From assembly GCA_951406725.2 (NCBI GenBank), contig OX597821.1, forward strand, positions 37,076,001 to 37,140,000: a stretch of DNA of 64,000 nucleotides, given 5' to 3'. This DNA comes from Octopus vulgaris (taxonomy: Eukaryota). The first letter of the stretch is position 1. The number at the start of each line of letters is the position of its first letter. Positions 12,781 through 26,899 of this stretch are shown piece after piece. The notes under the pieces are model-generated. The model was not told the origin of the DNA and ran no database searches. It saw nothing but the letters and a program-made list of their open reading frames with translations. A program made the position numbers and the translations under genes.

Positions 12781-13642
12781 TTACCTGTTGCAATCCTCCT
12801 CGTTTATGATCCAATGAAAACTTAGTGTATGACCAACTTCTTTTGCAAACAGATTTACGAATTCCTCCTTCTCACCAGTCATGCTGGGGGCACCATCTGT
12901 TGTAACGGGTACTACTTTTGAAATGTCAAATTTTCGAGAAGAGAATTCGTTCACAACATTTTTACATATTTCAGTCCCGGCAGTACACTCAGGCAGTGTC
13001 AGAAGGGCAACCATCTCTTCACATATTTCATCACCTTTACAAAATTGAAAAAAAAAAATGGCTAACCTAAGTGATGTCAGTACTTTCATCAATACAAATA
13101 CACGAAGACAAATCTTTTGTCAATTGTTCAGAAGTATTCTTCTCCAGCTTGGGTATTGTATCCTTAACTGTTTTCCTACTCATTGACAATTCTTTAACTG
13201 GCTGAATAATGTTTTCCTTTTCTGAAAAATTGTCAAAAAGTAAAGGTGCACATTCGAGTCAAGCTTCTTTAAAATACCCCCATCACTGAGTGGCTTCCAT
13301 GTTGGGCAATAACTTTTGAAACCTCAAAACTAGTAGCAACTAAGTTGGGACTGGGCTTGCCCGAGATAAATCTTATGAAAGTATCAGCCTGTTATTATTA
13401 TTTTTTTTTGCTTTGCTGAGTTCACGAGAAATTAATTCATGTTCTTCTTCAGTTTTATTACTTAAGTTCTTGTGAACACTTTCAAAATACCTTTTTACAG
13501 AAGTTCTATAAACAACAGTTTCGGAACAGAACATACATAATGCTTTACTGTCTTTCTTAATCATACCAAAATTTTCAGTCCAGTATTTTTGAAATTCTCT
13601 TATAACCTCTTCAGTTGAATGATATCATTTCTTAGCTGACAT
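12781..13642 (-). mobile_element. hAT (Charlie/Buster, GTF2IRD2-like) transposase pseudogene, N-terminal half
   Basis: BED-like motif KALCMFC...VH, DESTD motif and VTTDGAPSMTG, with multiple frameshifts. Likely ATG at 13642. Confidence 0.85.
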
Positions 13643-13670
13643 TCTGCACAAGGTATACAGGTATACAGGG

Positions 13671-16600
13671 TGTTGTTGTTATATATATATATAATGTATT
13701 GAGTATTAAAGGAAGTAGTGAGTACTTAGTATGAAAGATTAAGAAAATGAGAGAGACTGAAAAAACGTGTTAACGATACGAGATACTTTATTAGACTGCC
13801 GTTGTTGTACAAGGTATTTGTTGTGGCGGGAAACTTACCGAATGTCCTTGTATCAAGGGAGACAATGGGCAACGTTGATTGTTCATGTTTGTAGTGATGA
13901 TTACATAACATCTTGCCTTTTTTTTTTTTATCTGTATCTACAGGGAATAATTATTCGTCGTCCACTTTTTGTGGTTTTATTATTTTGTAGTGTTGAATTC
14001 TGTAGTTGTGCTGTTTTTGTTTTTTCATGCGTGTTTGTTGACTTTGGAAATATATTTTCATAATCTAATTCTTCTGTTATGCGGACGTGTTCGTTTGTTT
14101 TAAGAATGTGTTGTCTATTTCGTTTGACTGTATTACCTTCCTCTGTTATTACTAAGTATGAACGAGGTTGCTCTAGTTTTTTAATTATTTTGCCCCTTCT
14201 AAACCAATTGTTGTTAAACTTAATTCTAACCGTGTCGTGTGGTTTTAACTCTGGGAGTTCTGTTGTGATGTTTGATTTCTTCTTTTCGTGAGGCCTGATA
14301 CCAATTTTGTCGTGTAGTAAGTTTGGGAGATTTGTTCGCAATGTTCTATTCATTATTTGATTTGCAGGGGATGATGCACCATTTTGTAATTTAGTCGTGC
14401 GTAATGCTAAGAACGCTAACTGAGGTTCTTCGCCACTCCTGAATGCCTTTTTTAGCGTCTTTTTTATTGTCTGTACATTTCTCTCAACCATGCCATTCGT
14501 GTGATGATAATGCCAATTTTTTGCAAATTTTTTGAATTCAGCCGAATTGAATTCTGGACCGTTGTCACTTACAACTGTTTGCGGAATTCCGAATTTAGCA
14601 AAAGTTTCTTTTAATTTTTTGATTACGGTTTTTGACTGGCAATCATTTATTTCGTGTAGATCAAAAAATCTTGTTGTATAGTCAATAATTGTGACATACG
14701 AATTTCCAGACAGGTGAAATACGTCTGTACCCACTTTGGTCCATGGTGTAGTAGGTATTTCATGATTTATTAGTGGTTCGGCTGATTGTTGGTTTTTGTA
14801 GTCGATGCAGTATGAGCATGTGTTAATCATGTCTTTCATTTGAGCGTTAATGCCAGGCCAGTATATACATTCCTTCGCTCTCTCTATGCATTTTTCGATA
14901 CCCATGTGTCCGGTATGTATTTCCTGTAGAGCTTCTCTACGTAATGACTTAGGTACAATTATTCTTGAACTTTTTAGAACGAGACCATTGACGATTGATA
15001 TTTCATCACGAACGGAGACGAATGGTTTGATGTTTATTGGTATTTTGTCTTTTGGGGGCCATTCTGTTCTTGTATATGTGATGAGTGTCTGTAGTGACGG
15101 GTCGTCTGCAGTGGCTTCTTTATACTCGTTTAATTTAGTGTCGGTTATGGGGTAATTTTTTATTACTGCATGTATGTGCGATTTCATATCTTCGTCTGAT
15201 ACTTCTGGAGTATTTTGCTCAAGGTATGCACGTGATAGGGTATCTGCAACAATTGATTCTTTACCAGGTAAAAATCGTATCTTTGTAATGTTAGTAGAAA
15301 TCTTTGGGTCCTGGGGGGGCATTTAGTGATCGATTTTTTTAATATTTGCTTCAACGGTTTATGGTCATTTTCGATTCTGAAATGAGTTCCGTATATAAAC
15401 TGATGAAATTTCTTGCATGCGAAAACTATACTGAGAGCTTCGCTCTCTATCGGACAGTAGTTTTGTTCCGCTTGAGTTGTTGCACGAGATGCAAACGAAA
15501 CAGGTAGCCATCTTTCGTTGTGTTTCTGCTCAAGTATCGCTCCGAGCCCATGCTTACTAGCATCTGTAGTTATTTTTATTGGTAGATCTGGATTATAAAA
15601 TTGTAGCACTGGTTTTCTGGTAATCATTTCTTTTAGCTTTTTTATTGCTTCGATTTGTGGTTTGTCGAATGACCATAACGTGTCACTCTGTAGAAGCTGG
15701 CGTAATGGTGCTGTAACTTCAGAGTAATTTGATAAAAATTTACATAGGTAATTTGTCATACCTAGGAATCTTTGTAATTCTTTTTTACTTGTTGGCAGTG
15801 GCATGTGAATGATTGCTTGTACTTTGGTTGGATCTTGTTTTATCCCTTCGCTGGTTAATAGATGCCCAAGGTACTTGATTTGTGATTCATAGAAGATACA
15901 CTTTGATTTATTTAACTTTAATCCGTGCTTTCGGATTCGATCGAAAACTTGTTATAGTCTATGTGTGTGTTCTTCTAAAGTGCTGGACCAGATTATGATG
16001 TCATCCTGTGAATTTCTTGCTCCTTCTATGCCCTCCATTATTTTTGCAATTTCTTTTTTGGAAAAATTCACTGGCGCTGTGAATTCCAAAGGGTAGTCGT
16101 GTGAAGCGATACCTTCCAAAAGGTGTGTTGAACGTTAACAGATGGGAGCTTTCTTCGTCAACTGGAATTTGCCAGTATCCATTAGATGCATCGAGCTTCG
16201 AAAAATATTTAGGGTTATGCATTTGTGCAAAAATGTCCTCCGCTGTAGGGAGTTTGAAATGTTGCCTTTTTATGGCTTTGTTTAGATTCTTGGGGTCTAA
16301 ACAGAGTCGGAGTTTTCCGTTGGCTTTTTCAACGATGACTAGGGAATTTACCCAGTCTGTAGGTTCACTAAAAGGTTTTATGATACCTAATTCTGTCATT
16401 CTTTTTAATTCTTTGCTGAGTTTTTCTTTTATAGAAAAAGGAACCGATCTTGGTGGATGAATTACAGAAGTTATTTGTGGATCCACTGTGATATGATGTG
16501 TTATTGACAAAGTGCCGATTTCTCCGGAACAGTCTTCATATTTTTCTATTATGTCGTTTGTGTTCGACGAATTTATTTTTGAAATTCTCTGAATTAGGTT

Positions 16601-18165
16601 CAGATCTTTAGCTGTCTTTGCATCTATAACTGCGTGCGAGTTTGTTTTTGCAACAATGAATTTTATTTGTTTTGATAATTCTTTGTATTTAATGACTGCT
16701 GTGCATTTTCCTAGCACTTTTATAGCTGTGTTATTGTAAGCTGATAATCGAGTTGAGGTTTTTTGCAGTTGTGGTTTTGGAATTATATTTTTATATTCTC
16801 TGAATGGCAGTACAGTTACGTCTGCTCCAGTATCAATTTTGAATGTTACATTCGAGTTGTTCACTTTTAGTTCGACCGTCCAAATGTCTTTTGGAGTCTT
16901 GAACTTTTCGATTTTGTGCACGCGGGAATTATTTGCAGTGATCATTTCGAGTGCATGTGTATCGTCATCTGATTCATCGTCGGTATGTATCTCTACTTTA
17001 TGTACAAATTTTCTCGATTTGCACATTTTTGCATAGTGTCCTTGTTTCTTGCATTTTTCACATGTCTTGTGAAATGCTGGGCATTTATTTCTTTTGTGAT
17101 TATAACCACAATAGTGACAGTTAGTGACGTAGTGTTGACTTGGCGCTTGAAACTTCGCGGGCTTTCTGTCACTTCCGCCTTGTTCGTTTTGATGTCTGGA
17201 TTGCATATGGCGAGTTATTTGAGTTTTGGCGCCTTTTCTGTCGTGTTGACTATATACCCTCGAGATTTCGTTATCTCTTGTTTCGGATGTGGCATTTAGC
17301 ATCCTTGATTGGAGTCGTGTTTGCTCTGCACTCTGACCTGCTTGAATTGTTTTTTGTAGGTCTAAATTTGGTTCTCTCAGTTCTCTTAATCTCATGTCTC
17401 TGATTCCACATATCAGAATATCTTTGGTGAAACTGTCTGTGAGGTTGCCGAATTCGCACTGCTGTGCCTTTTGGCGCAACTCTACCACGTACTCATCGAA
17501 TTTTTGATGTTCCGCTTGTCCACATGTGAAGAATTTGTGTCTCAGGAAAGTTATGTTTTTCCTGGGTTCACAATATGCATCGAATTTTTCGATTACTGTT
17601 TGAAGGTTCATTTCTTCGTCGGGTGAATCGAAATCCAGAGTGAAATGGATGTCTCGGCCTTTGGAACCGATGCAAGTTAAAAACATTGAAGGTTTTACTT
17701 TGTCTGGCTTCATGTCACTTTCTGTTGCTATCAAAAAGAGATTGAATTCTTTTTTCCACTTTTTCCATGCTGCGGCTAGATTTTCCTGATTAAAGTCTAG
17801 GTCTTTTGGATGCGGTAAATTTTCCATTTCGTCTTTGAAGTATAATTTCAACTTATTTTTTCTTTTGGTTTCTGTATTTTGGGTTCTTTTAGTATTCTGA
17901 CACCATGTTGTTGTTATACATATATATAATGTATTGAGTATTAAAGGAAGTAGTGAGTACTTAGTATGAAAGATTAAGAAAAATTAAGAAAGATTAAGAA
18001 AAGGAGAGAGACTGAAAAAACGTGTTAACGATACGAGATACTTTATTAGACTGCCGTTGTTGTACAAGGTATTTGTTGTGGCGGGAAACCTACTGAATGT
18101 CCTTGTATCAAGGGAGACAATGGGCAACGTTGATTGTTCATGTTTGTAGTGATGATTACATAACA
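13671..18165 (-). mobile_element. Full-length Ty3/Gypsy LTR retrotransposon (second family), disrupted
   Basis: LTRs at 17906-18165 (5') and 13671-13910 (3') with TG...CA ends. TSD CAGGG on both sides. PBS TGGTGTCAGAA (tRNA-Leu-CAA-like) at 17895-17905. Purine-rich PPT next to the 3' LTR. Confidence 0.96.
13928..17851 (-). pseudogene. Gypsy gag-pol polyprotein with frameshifts
   Basis: Gag zinc knuckles (CHYCGYNH..C, CEKCKKQGHYAKMC), KIDTGAD, RT (LDASNGY, LPFG, SQDD), RNase H (TDAS, ESEALS, NDH), integrase (HTGH..CSYC, SDNGPEF). Confidence 0.93.
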
Positions 18166-19371
18166 CAGGGTATACAAGGTATACAGAGCAGAAAACAAAT
18201 ATATGAGATAATGATATACGTGAAAATGGATAAAGAAGAAAAGTAAAATGTCATTAAGTGATTAACAGGTTTGGTCAAACTACTTTACTTTTTTTAGTTT
18301 TTTTATTAAAGTAAATAAAAAATAGTTTGCTATCCTTACAAATAGTAGGATGGGCGCAGCGCAAAGATCAATAAAGAAAAGACAAAGCATGCAACAAATC
18401 GCGAAATTTTATCGCTGCGAATGATTTGAAGCTTACAGTAAATCATTTCAAGAAGCGATGACATCTGCAACAGTTCAAGCTCGAGATAACAATACGATGT
18501 ATGCATAATGTCATATGTATGCAATACAAGTACTCTATATGCACACTGTACACACTACAGTTATGATGGAAACATTACCACGGTCATTGACCCGCAGCCC
18601 TCTAAATACGATTTAGTTACTTGAACATCGACGGACATCAAATGATCTGCGTAACAAAAATTACAATACAGTACTAGCTTATTTATTAGAAACTGTCTAA
18701 ACAGTCGTGATATTATTGTATACAAGCTGTACAAGTATATTTACTGTATTCGTAAGTCATAACAAATAGCATGATAGGAAACCAGGGAAGAACTGCATAG
18801 AGGCAAGTATATTTTCAACTTACGTTTGATATATAGACCGGATCTGTATTACAACGAAAAAATTCAGAAAGCTTATCTATTCTTACAAGGATTCCTAATC
18901 TGACCGGATATACGTCCTATGGAATGTTTTACACTCGTATAGACAGCATAATCAAACCTGTTGTCACACAAGATTAGTATCAATCAAACCCACAGTCACA
19001 CTGCTGTTACCAAAGTTATGTGAATTCGTCAGTGTGTTTTCGCCTGGTATTGTGATAATTTTGTGTATTTTGCTTTGAACTGAACTGTTGTCCTTCGTGG
19101 AACAGTAATTTTCGCTCTACGGGGCAGAAAATTCTGTTTTGAAATTATTGTGAAAAACAAAATTATTGCTGAACTGTTTTTCTTTACCCATTGCTGGGTA
19201 GTGAATTTATTTTGTCATTTTTTGTATCCAGATATGAGAGACGTTAGCTCCGATATGTCAGACGAAAAATTATTAACAAGCCCAGCGGCAACACCATTAA
19301 AAGAAAAGGATGGGGAGGCAGGTGAATTTGTGCAGCCCCTCCACAAACTTAAACTGTAAGTAACTCCATTT

Positions 19372-20480
19372 TAGATAAGGTGGGTAAATTAACCGGCAAA
19401 GGTGGGGCACTTGTCCGTTTAGACCAAAGTAAAGCTTTCGATAGGGTAGACCACCAATACCTGGCGGCGGTCGTCGAAGTGGTTGGACTGGGCCCGGATT
19501 TCCGTAGTTGGATCATTGCTATTTATTGCGGCATCAAATCCACCGTCCAGATAATCGGCTACCTGTCGGAGCCGTTTTCGATCAAACGCTCGGTTCATCA
19601 AGGGTGCCCCCTGTCCCTGCCTCTGTATGTGCTTGGCTCTTGAGCCATTACTGCGCAAGTTGGAGAACTTGGGTGGCATCCCCAATGAAATCGGATACGG
19701 TAAGTCGGTCTCTGCCTATGCGGATGGCGTCACCATCACCGTGTCCAATGAAGCTCAACTATCAAAGGATACGAGGCGGTGGAAGAGGCAGAAGTCAACA
19801 AGGACAAGTCCATCGGCTTACGCCTCAGCACCTGGAGGAGCAAGTCGATATCGTCCAGTGTCATGGGTCACTGGACAGATGGTCCTGTTAAGTTGCTCGG
19901 AGTTTGCTTTGGACCGGACTCTGATACGGAGAAGAATTGGAGCGAGGTGGTAGACAGGGTGGAGGCTTTAGTCCGGAGGGCTCTGCCCCTGAAAGGAAGG
20001 GCAGAGGTGGCACAGTTGTTTATTGCATCTGTTATCATCTACTGCATGAACGTTATCCCTTTCCCCGACTCGTGGCTAAACAAGTTGCAGCGCCTCCTTT
20101 TCCGCTTGTAGTCGAAGGGAGGAAAGTCACTTGTGAGGCGCTCCGTTTGCTGCCAGGAACCGCTAAAGTATGCCCTGGTTACTGATGCGCAGGCATGCGT
20201 TGAAGCTAAGGCATCTCTGGCTCTACCTGGAGGGTGACAAGGTGTGGAATCTGCTGGCGGAGGAATTCTTTCCGCGACCAGCCTCCTTGGAGAGATTTAA
20301 ACCTGATTTCATTAAAAATAGAATCTGACTGAGTGGCAAAAGAAGTGTCGACAGTTACTCGTGCTAATCCACAAGACGGACAAGGCCGGCAGTGGGAATG
20401 CCACCTCGGTTTTGTATAAAGAGCTGGTGGATTTTAAAAGTGGTGACGTCCTGGGAGGGGCTCTGGGTTTCGACGAGAAT
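19372..20480 (+). mobile_element. Tx1/L1-clade LINE ORF2 fragment (RT)
   Basis: LDQSKAFDRVDH, QGCPLS and AYADG motifs. Homologous to the copy at 21690-26460. Confidence 0.88.
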
Positions 20481-20481
20481 T

Positions 20482-20974
20482 GTTATAACCTAATGCAACA
20501 ATCAATGCTCAAGTCTACTGTCAGCAATTAGAGCGTTTGAACCAAACTTTGAAGAAAAAAAGACCTGCTTTAGTGAATCGAAAAGGAGTGATGTTTCATC
20601 AGGACAATGCGCGACCCCACACTGCAAAGATCACATCACAGAAGATTGAAAAGCTTTGTTTGGAAAAATTCCTCATCCACCTTATTCTCCCGACCTTGCT
20701 CCTTCAGACTACCATTTGTTTCGTAGTTTACAGAATCATTTGGGGGACATAACTTTCGTAAGCCAGGAGGAGGTCGAAACTGACATTTCAGAGTTCTTCG
20801 CTTTAAAACAAAAAGAGTCTTACATTGATGCGATTAAAAAGCTTGTAAATAGATGGAAGAACGTCATAGATAATCAGAGAAGGTACATTGATGATTAAAT
20901 TTCAATTAAATATAACATTTGATCAATTGTTATCTTTATTCAAAATTCGGACAGAACTTATGCGATGACCTGTA
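20482..20974 (+). mobile_element. Mariner (DD34D) transposon, 3' fragment
   Basis: FHQDNARPH and HPPYSPDLAPSDYHLFRSLQ motifs, followed by a TIR-like end at ~20950-20974. Confidence 0.88.
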
Positions 20975-21689
20975 CACACATATGTACGTGAGTGTGCATA
21001 TATGTTCTACCTTATATATGCGTAGACATGCCTAGAACTCTGTTTATTAAATAATCTTGTTTACTGGTATGTTGCACATATACTTCTGTTTTACATTTAA
21101 GGTTATAACAATTTTCGCAAATAGATAAACGGGTTACTTTTCTAATATACTCACAAGGCCAGGAGTTCAACAAAATATGATTCAAAATTTTGCAACGCGC
21201 TTTTAAAACTGAGATGAAATTAAATATAAAAAGTTATCTATATATATGTAACAAGCTGTTACGGTTAAACTATTCAAACCCTGTGAGACAGTGTAGTAAT
21301 CAACATGGAAAAGAAAAATATTTGTTACGTTTTTAGTTGACCCTTCTAGCATGTGACGAAGATGTATGACAAACAGGTACGTTTCTAATAATTCACGCCC
21401 GAAAGTACTATATTCAGTTTCCGCATGTTGTAGTCACTTCGAAAAGAAGGATAAGGGTTGCCAAACAGCGTCAACTAATTGCTGTATTACACCTCCGACT
21501 CTGACATGGGACACGTCTACCAGTAATCAAAGGGGAGCGCCAGGTTTGGGATATACTAGAATCATAGCCTTAACTAACATGTCCTTTAGTTCAACGAAAG
21601 AGTCAAACTTCGTTTGATCTAATGCTATAGTATGATTTTTCTTTGTTTTGTGATGGAGGCGATCTGTGTGTGGTTGAGCCGCGTTAGCA

Positions 21690-24600
21690 CAGTGAACAAA
21701 GGATCGCTAGTAAAACCTTATCAATCCTAGAAACTAACGCAGTTTCCGGGGGAGATATGGGCATAGGAACATTTACTATAGATTCCTCCTTTCAGGAAGT
21801 TGAATTCGAATAACGGTCACAGATATTCCACCCGAAATAGATGTGGCCTTTGGCAAAGAGGAAGAAATTGCCATTCTTCAGTCTAAGAGATATCGCCACA
21901 TGAACTGGTTTGGACAGGATTTAGAGCTTGTGATCCAAGCCAACCCCTCTGACTTAGAAAAATTGCCCAGTTCCCTCACCATTGGAGAAAATACCAGCGT
22001 GATGTTAATAGTCGAGGGGAGAAAGCCCAGATGTTACAAATGTGGCGAGAAAGGCCACATAAGATCGAGCTGTAAGAAGAAGACTGCCAAAGAAAATGCT
22101 GCAGAAGAGGCAAGCACGACGCCGAAGACAACAACCACACTGCTAGAAATAGCAGCCACGTCGCGCATCCCAATTGCCGAAGTTCAGCCGACAGCGGGAG
22201 AAAACAACAACAACGACGACGACGACGACAACAACAACAACAACATCCAGGAGCGGGTCACCATAGAACCTACAAAAAGAAGACGGAAACGGAAAAATCC
22301 ACCCTCTTCGGATACACAGGACTATGCTCCGAGACAGACAAGTACACCCACAATCACAAATACAGTCGCAAACACACACGTAGCCAAAAAAACACACACA
22401 CACCTACAAACACCCACGCTTCTACAAGCACACACACATCCCTCCACAATCGCCTAACATAAAAAAAAGAAACACCTTCACGGCGATAAATAAAAATAAT
22501 AAACTATTAAGAGAAAAAATTATTTTAATGAAATCGGCGAAAAAATATATCGTAACAGATGTAAATAATACTATTTCTGAAAATGTAGAATTTTGAACTA
22601 ACAAAATCTTTTGCGGAGAACGTCAGCCCGTTACAAATGAACTTTTCGAGCCATCTGTACAGGCAATTCGCGAAAAAAATGACCTCGCAAAACACAACAC
22701 TCACAGACAGAAAAGAGGAGGGTGAAACTACACCCTCTCTTCCGTTAAAACAGTAAGTTTTAAACATTCGACTAATTTTTCACACTCTCGTTTAAACTCG
22801 GTTGTATAAATATTCACGGCCTGGGGTCGTATTGGAAGCAAGGCTACCTCCTTAACGACCTTAGGTCGCATCATTTGGATGTAGTGGTAATTACCAAATC
22901 TAGACTGAGTGGGCTGCAGGCTTTTTCGCCCCTTCTAAACGGCTACGAGAAATACGTTTCTCCCTGTCGACCTGGAGGGGGCGGAGGAGTGGCAGTGCTG
23001 GTCAGGAAAAACCTGGATTTAGAGATTAGAACTATCTTTATAGATCCGGAAGACAGGTTGGTCGTTTTGGATGTGACGCACAGCAGTGGTAAAGTGTTCA
23101 GGCTGGTCGCTGTCTATGCTCCCTGCGAAGGAAAATCCGGGCAGAAAGAGTACTTCAAAAGCCTAGAAAATTTTCTTGGCACGTCGAACACGTTAGTATT
23201 GCTAGGTGACTTCAACATAATTTGCGATGCACGCGTAGATTATGTTGGCTCGAGAAAGAATAGGAAGGGATTACCTCACCTCAACGATCTGCTAAGTCCT
23301 TTCGAATTGGCAGATCGATTCAGACTGGACAACCCAGACACTCCAGCGTGGACCTGAGCAAGAAACGACGGGTCGTCCAGATCTTACATAGATAGAATCA
23401 TAACTAGAAGGAAAGATAAGAAAATACTTAGCTGTCCACAACACCATATCGTCAGCTACAGCGATCACAAATTAGTGACCTGCACGCTCGATATAGATAG
23501 CATGCGTAGACGAGGTACCGGTTACTGGAAGCTAAACAAGTAACTATTGGACTGTGAAGCCTACAGGAAGCGGATTAAACAATTAGTAATGAGGGCGTTA
23601 ACCGGATCCACTATCAACAACAAATGGTGGTACGCCCTGAAAAGAGCCATCAAATATGAGTCAATTAGGTTTAGCAAAGAATTAACTAGTGCTAGAAACA
23701 AAGTAGAAAAGGAACTAGTTAAGGCAATAGATGAGGCAATGAGGTCAGGCGGTGCATCGAAAGTGTTAGCGGCGAGGTTGGCACTCGACCAACATCTCAA
23801 AGCTAAACATGAAGGGTGCATTGTCAGGGCTAAGATCCGTGCAATGAGACAGGAAGGGATCAACGCAGCCGGATGGGCCCGGGTGGTAGAAGGCCGGCGT
23901 GGCAACAACTCAACCATTCGATCTTTGACGGGCCCAAATGGTCGATTAGTAAACGAACCCGAGGAGATGTGCAAGATGTTTCACGATCATTTCGCCCAGC
24001 TATTCGGGAGGAGCGGCGGACCGGAGTGCGGGGAGAAGCTCGCAGAATTCCTAGCCGGTTCGCCGCGTCTATCGAAGCCGGATGCGGAATCTTGTGAGGC
24101 GCCGATCACAGCCAAAGAAGTCGAGGATGTGTTGGCAGACTGCGGCGGGGACAAATCGCCGGGACTCGATGGTCTGGCTTACGAACTCTATAGTAGCATG
24201 CCAGACTTGTTTGGGCACCTACTTGCATGCGTGTACACCAACTGGCAGCAGAACGGGAGAATTCCTAAGTCTGTGAGCCGAAGGGTGGTAGCGCTGTTAA
24301 GAAAGGACCCAAACAAGGGGGATTTAATTGATAATTTTCGACCCATCACTCTGCTTAACGCAGAGTTGAAGATTTTGGCCAAGGTCTTAGCAAAAAGGTT
24401 GGCGCGGGTCATGGGTGAACTTGTTGGCGATGCGCAAACTTGCGCCACCCCTGGAAGGACCATCCACGACAATCTCCACTTTCTACGCTATGCCTTAGAA
24501 AGGGTAAATATGATTCCTGGCAAGGGTGGGGCTATGGTCCACTTGGACCAATCGAAAGCGTCCGATATGGTGGATCATCAGTATCTGGCGGCGGTCCTCA

Positions 24601-26460
24601 CGGCGGCTGGCTTCGGCCCGACCTTCCGCGGATGGATCAACACTTTATACAGCAACATCGAATCGGTAGTTCGGGTGAATGGCTTCTTTTCGGAGCCGTT
24701 CCGCATTGAACGTTCGGTACGTCAAGGGTGTCCTCTCTCCCCGCTTCTCTACGTTTTGGCCCTCGAGCCGTTGCTGAGGAGGCTGGAAATTATAAGGGGC
24801 ACTCCGCAAGATCTAGGGTGCGGAAAGTCAGCTTCGGCGTATGTGGACGACATCACCGTCATCGTATCCCGAGTCGAGCACCTACAGTGGGTGGGTGAGG
24901 TCTTAAGGGATTACGAAGCGGTGGCAGGAGCGAAAGTCAACCGGGATAAATCGGTCGGCTTGCAACTCGGCACCTGGAGGGGCAAGTCGATGTCTTCCGA
25001 CAACGTCGTAGGACGTTGGACGGAAGGGCCAGTGAAAATGCTTGGAATCTGGTTAGGTCCAGATCTCCAGATAGAGAAGAATTGGAGCGAGGTGGCGAGA
25101 AAGGTGGCTCTCCTAACTCAGACCTGGTCTGAGCGGAAGCTGTCCTTGAAGGGGGGGCGGATGTTGCAGAGGTGTTTATCGCCTCTGTAATCACTTACCG
25201 CCTGACCGTCGTGCCTTGCCCCGATTCGTGGCTGAACAAGCTGGAACGCATGCTCTTTCGCTTTTTGTGGAGGGGCAGCAGACCTCTTGTAAGGCACTCT
25301 ATTTGCTGCAAAGAGCCGCTGAAGGGTGGGTTAGGGATGCCGTGGCTAAAAATGCGCAGACATGCGCTCAGGCTTAGGTACCTCTGGCTTTACCTGGACG
25401 GTGAGCAGGTGTGGTCTCCGTTCGTCAAGCTGTTATTTCCACAGTTCACATCGTTTACCAAACTGAACCCATGGATCAAGTGTAGACCGAGGTTGGGCAT
25501 GTGACATGTAGAGTGCCATCAGGCACTCATGCCTCTCTCCCAGTCGGGCAACGCCGGTGGCGGGGGTACTACCTCGTTCTTCTATAGAGGGTTAGTAGAG
25601 TTTAAGTGTGACGACGTCCTGGGAGAAACCCTGGGCTTCGACGAAAATGAACTAGCCAGCCTGTTCCAAAGAACATTCGGTCTGGGGATAATTACCAAAA
25701 GTCCCTGGCCTGGCAATGTTACAGAGGAGCTTTACCGGTGCGAGATAAGCTCTTTAGACATGGGTGTGCACCTTCGCCGGTTTGTGCAAGATGTGAGAGG
25801 GACAGTGAAACTGTCCTGCACGCGATTGTGCAATGCCCGAAGGTGACTGAACTCTGGGCTTATGTCGAACACCTGCTGTCGCATTCGAGAAGAGTACAAC
25901 CGTCGAGCGAATCTGTAATTAAGATCGTTCCGCCGACCTCCCTGAATAGGGAGGAGCGAACCAGTTTTCTCTCGGTAGTTGCTGGGGCGAAATAAGTAGT
26001 ATGGAAGACGAGAGTAAAAGGAATTGCAACAGGCATGTTCATCTCCAGTCTTGAGCTAATCGACTTTTTCGTTTTCCACATGAAACGGAAAATAAGGCTG
26101 GAGAAGAAATGCTTGTCGCAAAGTGTGTTTCGTAAAAGATGGAAGTATATAGCAAGTATGTTGCGAGTGAAAGAACCTGTTTAATCGAGAATGTAAAAAA
26201 GGAGAAAGCAAAGTCTTCAGTGTGAGTATGTGGTTTATGGGGTCGACCGCGTCATCCCGCTTCATTTTTTGTTATTCACTCATTCTTATTTAATTGTATA
26301 TATTTTAATTGTTTGTTTATTCATACGTTTCGTCTCATTCGATACCCTGACCCCAACGTTTGTTTTGTCCCCTCTTTTTCTCAACCTTATGGTGCATAAA
26401 GAAATACTCTCTCCCTTTCACTCTCTCTCTCTCCTTCCCGCTTGCCCACAATAAGAACAA
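21690..26460 (+). mobile_element. Near full-length Tx1/L1-clade LINE (ORF1 zinc knuckle plus APE-RT ORF2), disrupted
   Basis: ORF1 has CYKCGEKGHIRSSC (21843-22457). APE motifs include GDFN and SDH. RT motifs KSPGLDG, QGCPLSP and YVDD. C-terminal CARC..H..C. Stop at 23355 and a frameshift near 25155. Confidence 0.93.
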
Positions 26461-26672
26461 TACACGATAACGTTTAAAATATGGAGCTCTATCTGTTATA
26501 TTTACCCTTCCGCCACTTTAATAATTTCTCATGTCGATACATCGGCACAGTGTACGGAAGCATTGTAACTGTGCGTTTCCATATCTGCAGATGTATTTAG
26601 TAATGCTAAAAATTATACTTACCACACCGATTTTTTACATTTAATAATTTTTTCAATTTGCCTCCTCATCAG

Positions 26673-26754
26673 GTAACAGGGAGTAACAAAGGGATTGGCT
26701 ATGCCATTGTCAGAGACCTGTGTGGGAAGTTCAAAGGAGATGTGATAGCAACAG
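26673..26754 (+). CDS. CBR1: CBR1-like exon: VTGSNKGIGYAIVRDLCGKFKGDVIAT
   Basis: Pyrimidine tract plus CAG acceptor, GTACGT donor, Rossmann TGxxxGxG motif. Confidence 0.92.
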
Positions 26755-26866
26755 GTACGTTTATTGCTATGTTACTTAGACCACCACCACCACCACCACC
26801 GCTACTACTACTACTACTACTACTACAGCTGCTGCTGCTGTTGCTACTACTACTACTATTATTATT

Positions 26867-26899
<33 letters not shown>

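Noticed and set aside
13726-13911. Thrice-repeated small ORF (MLCNHH...) as a gene family
   Set aside because: It lies inside the LTR copies at 13671, 17906 and 43404.
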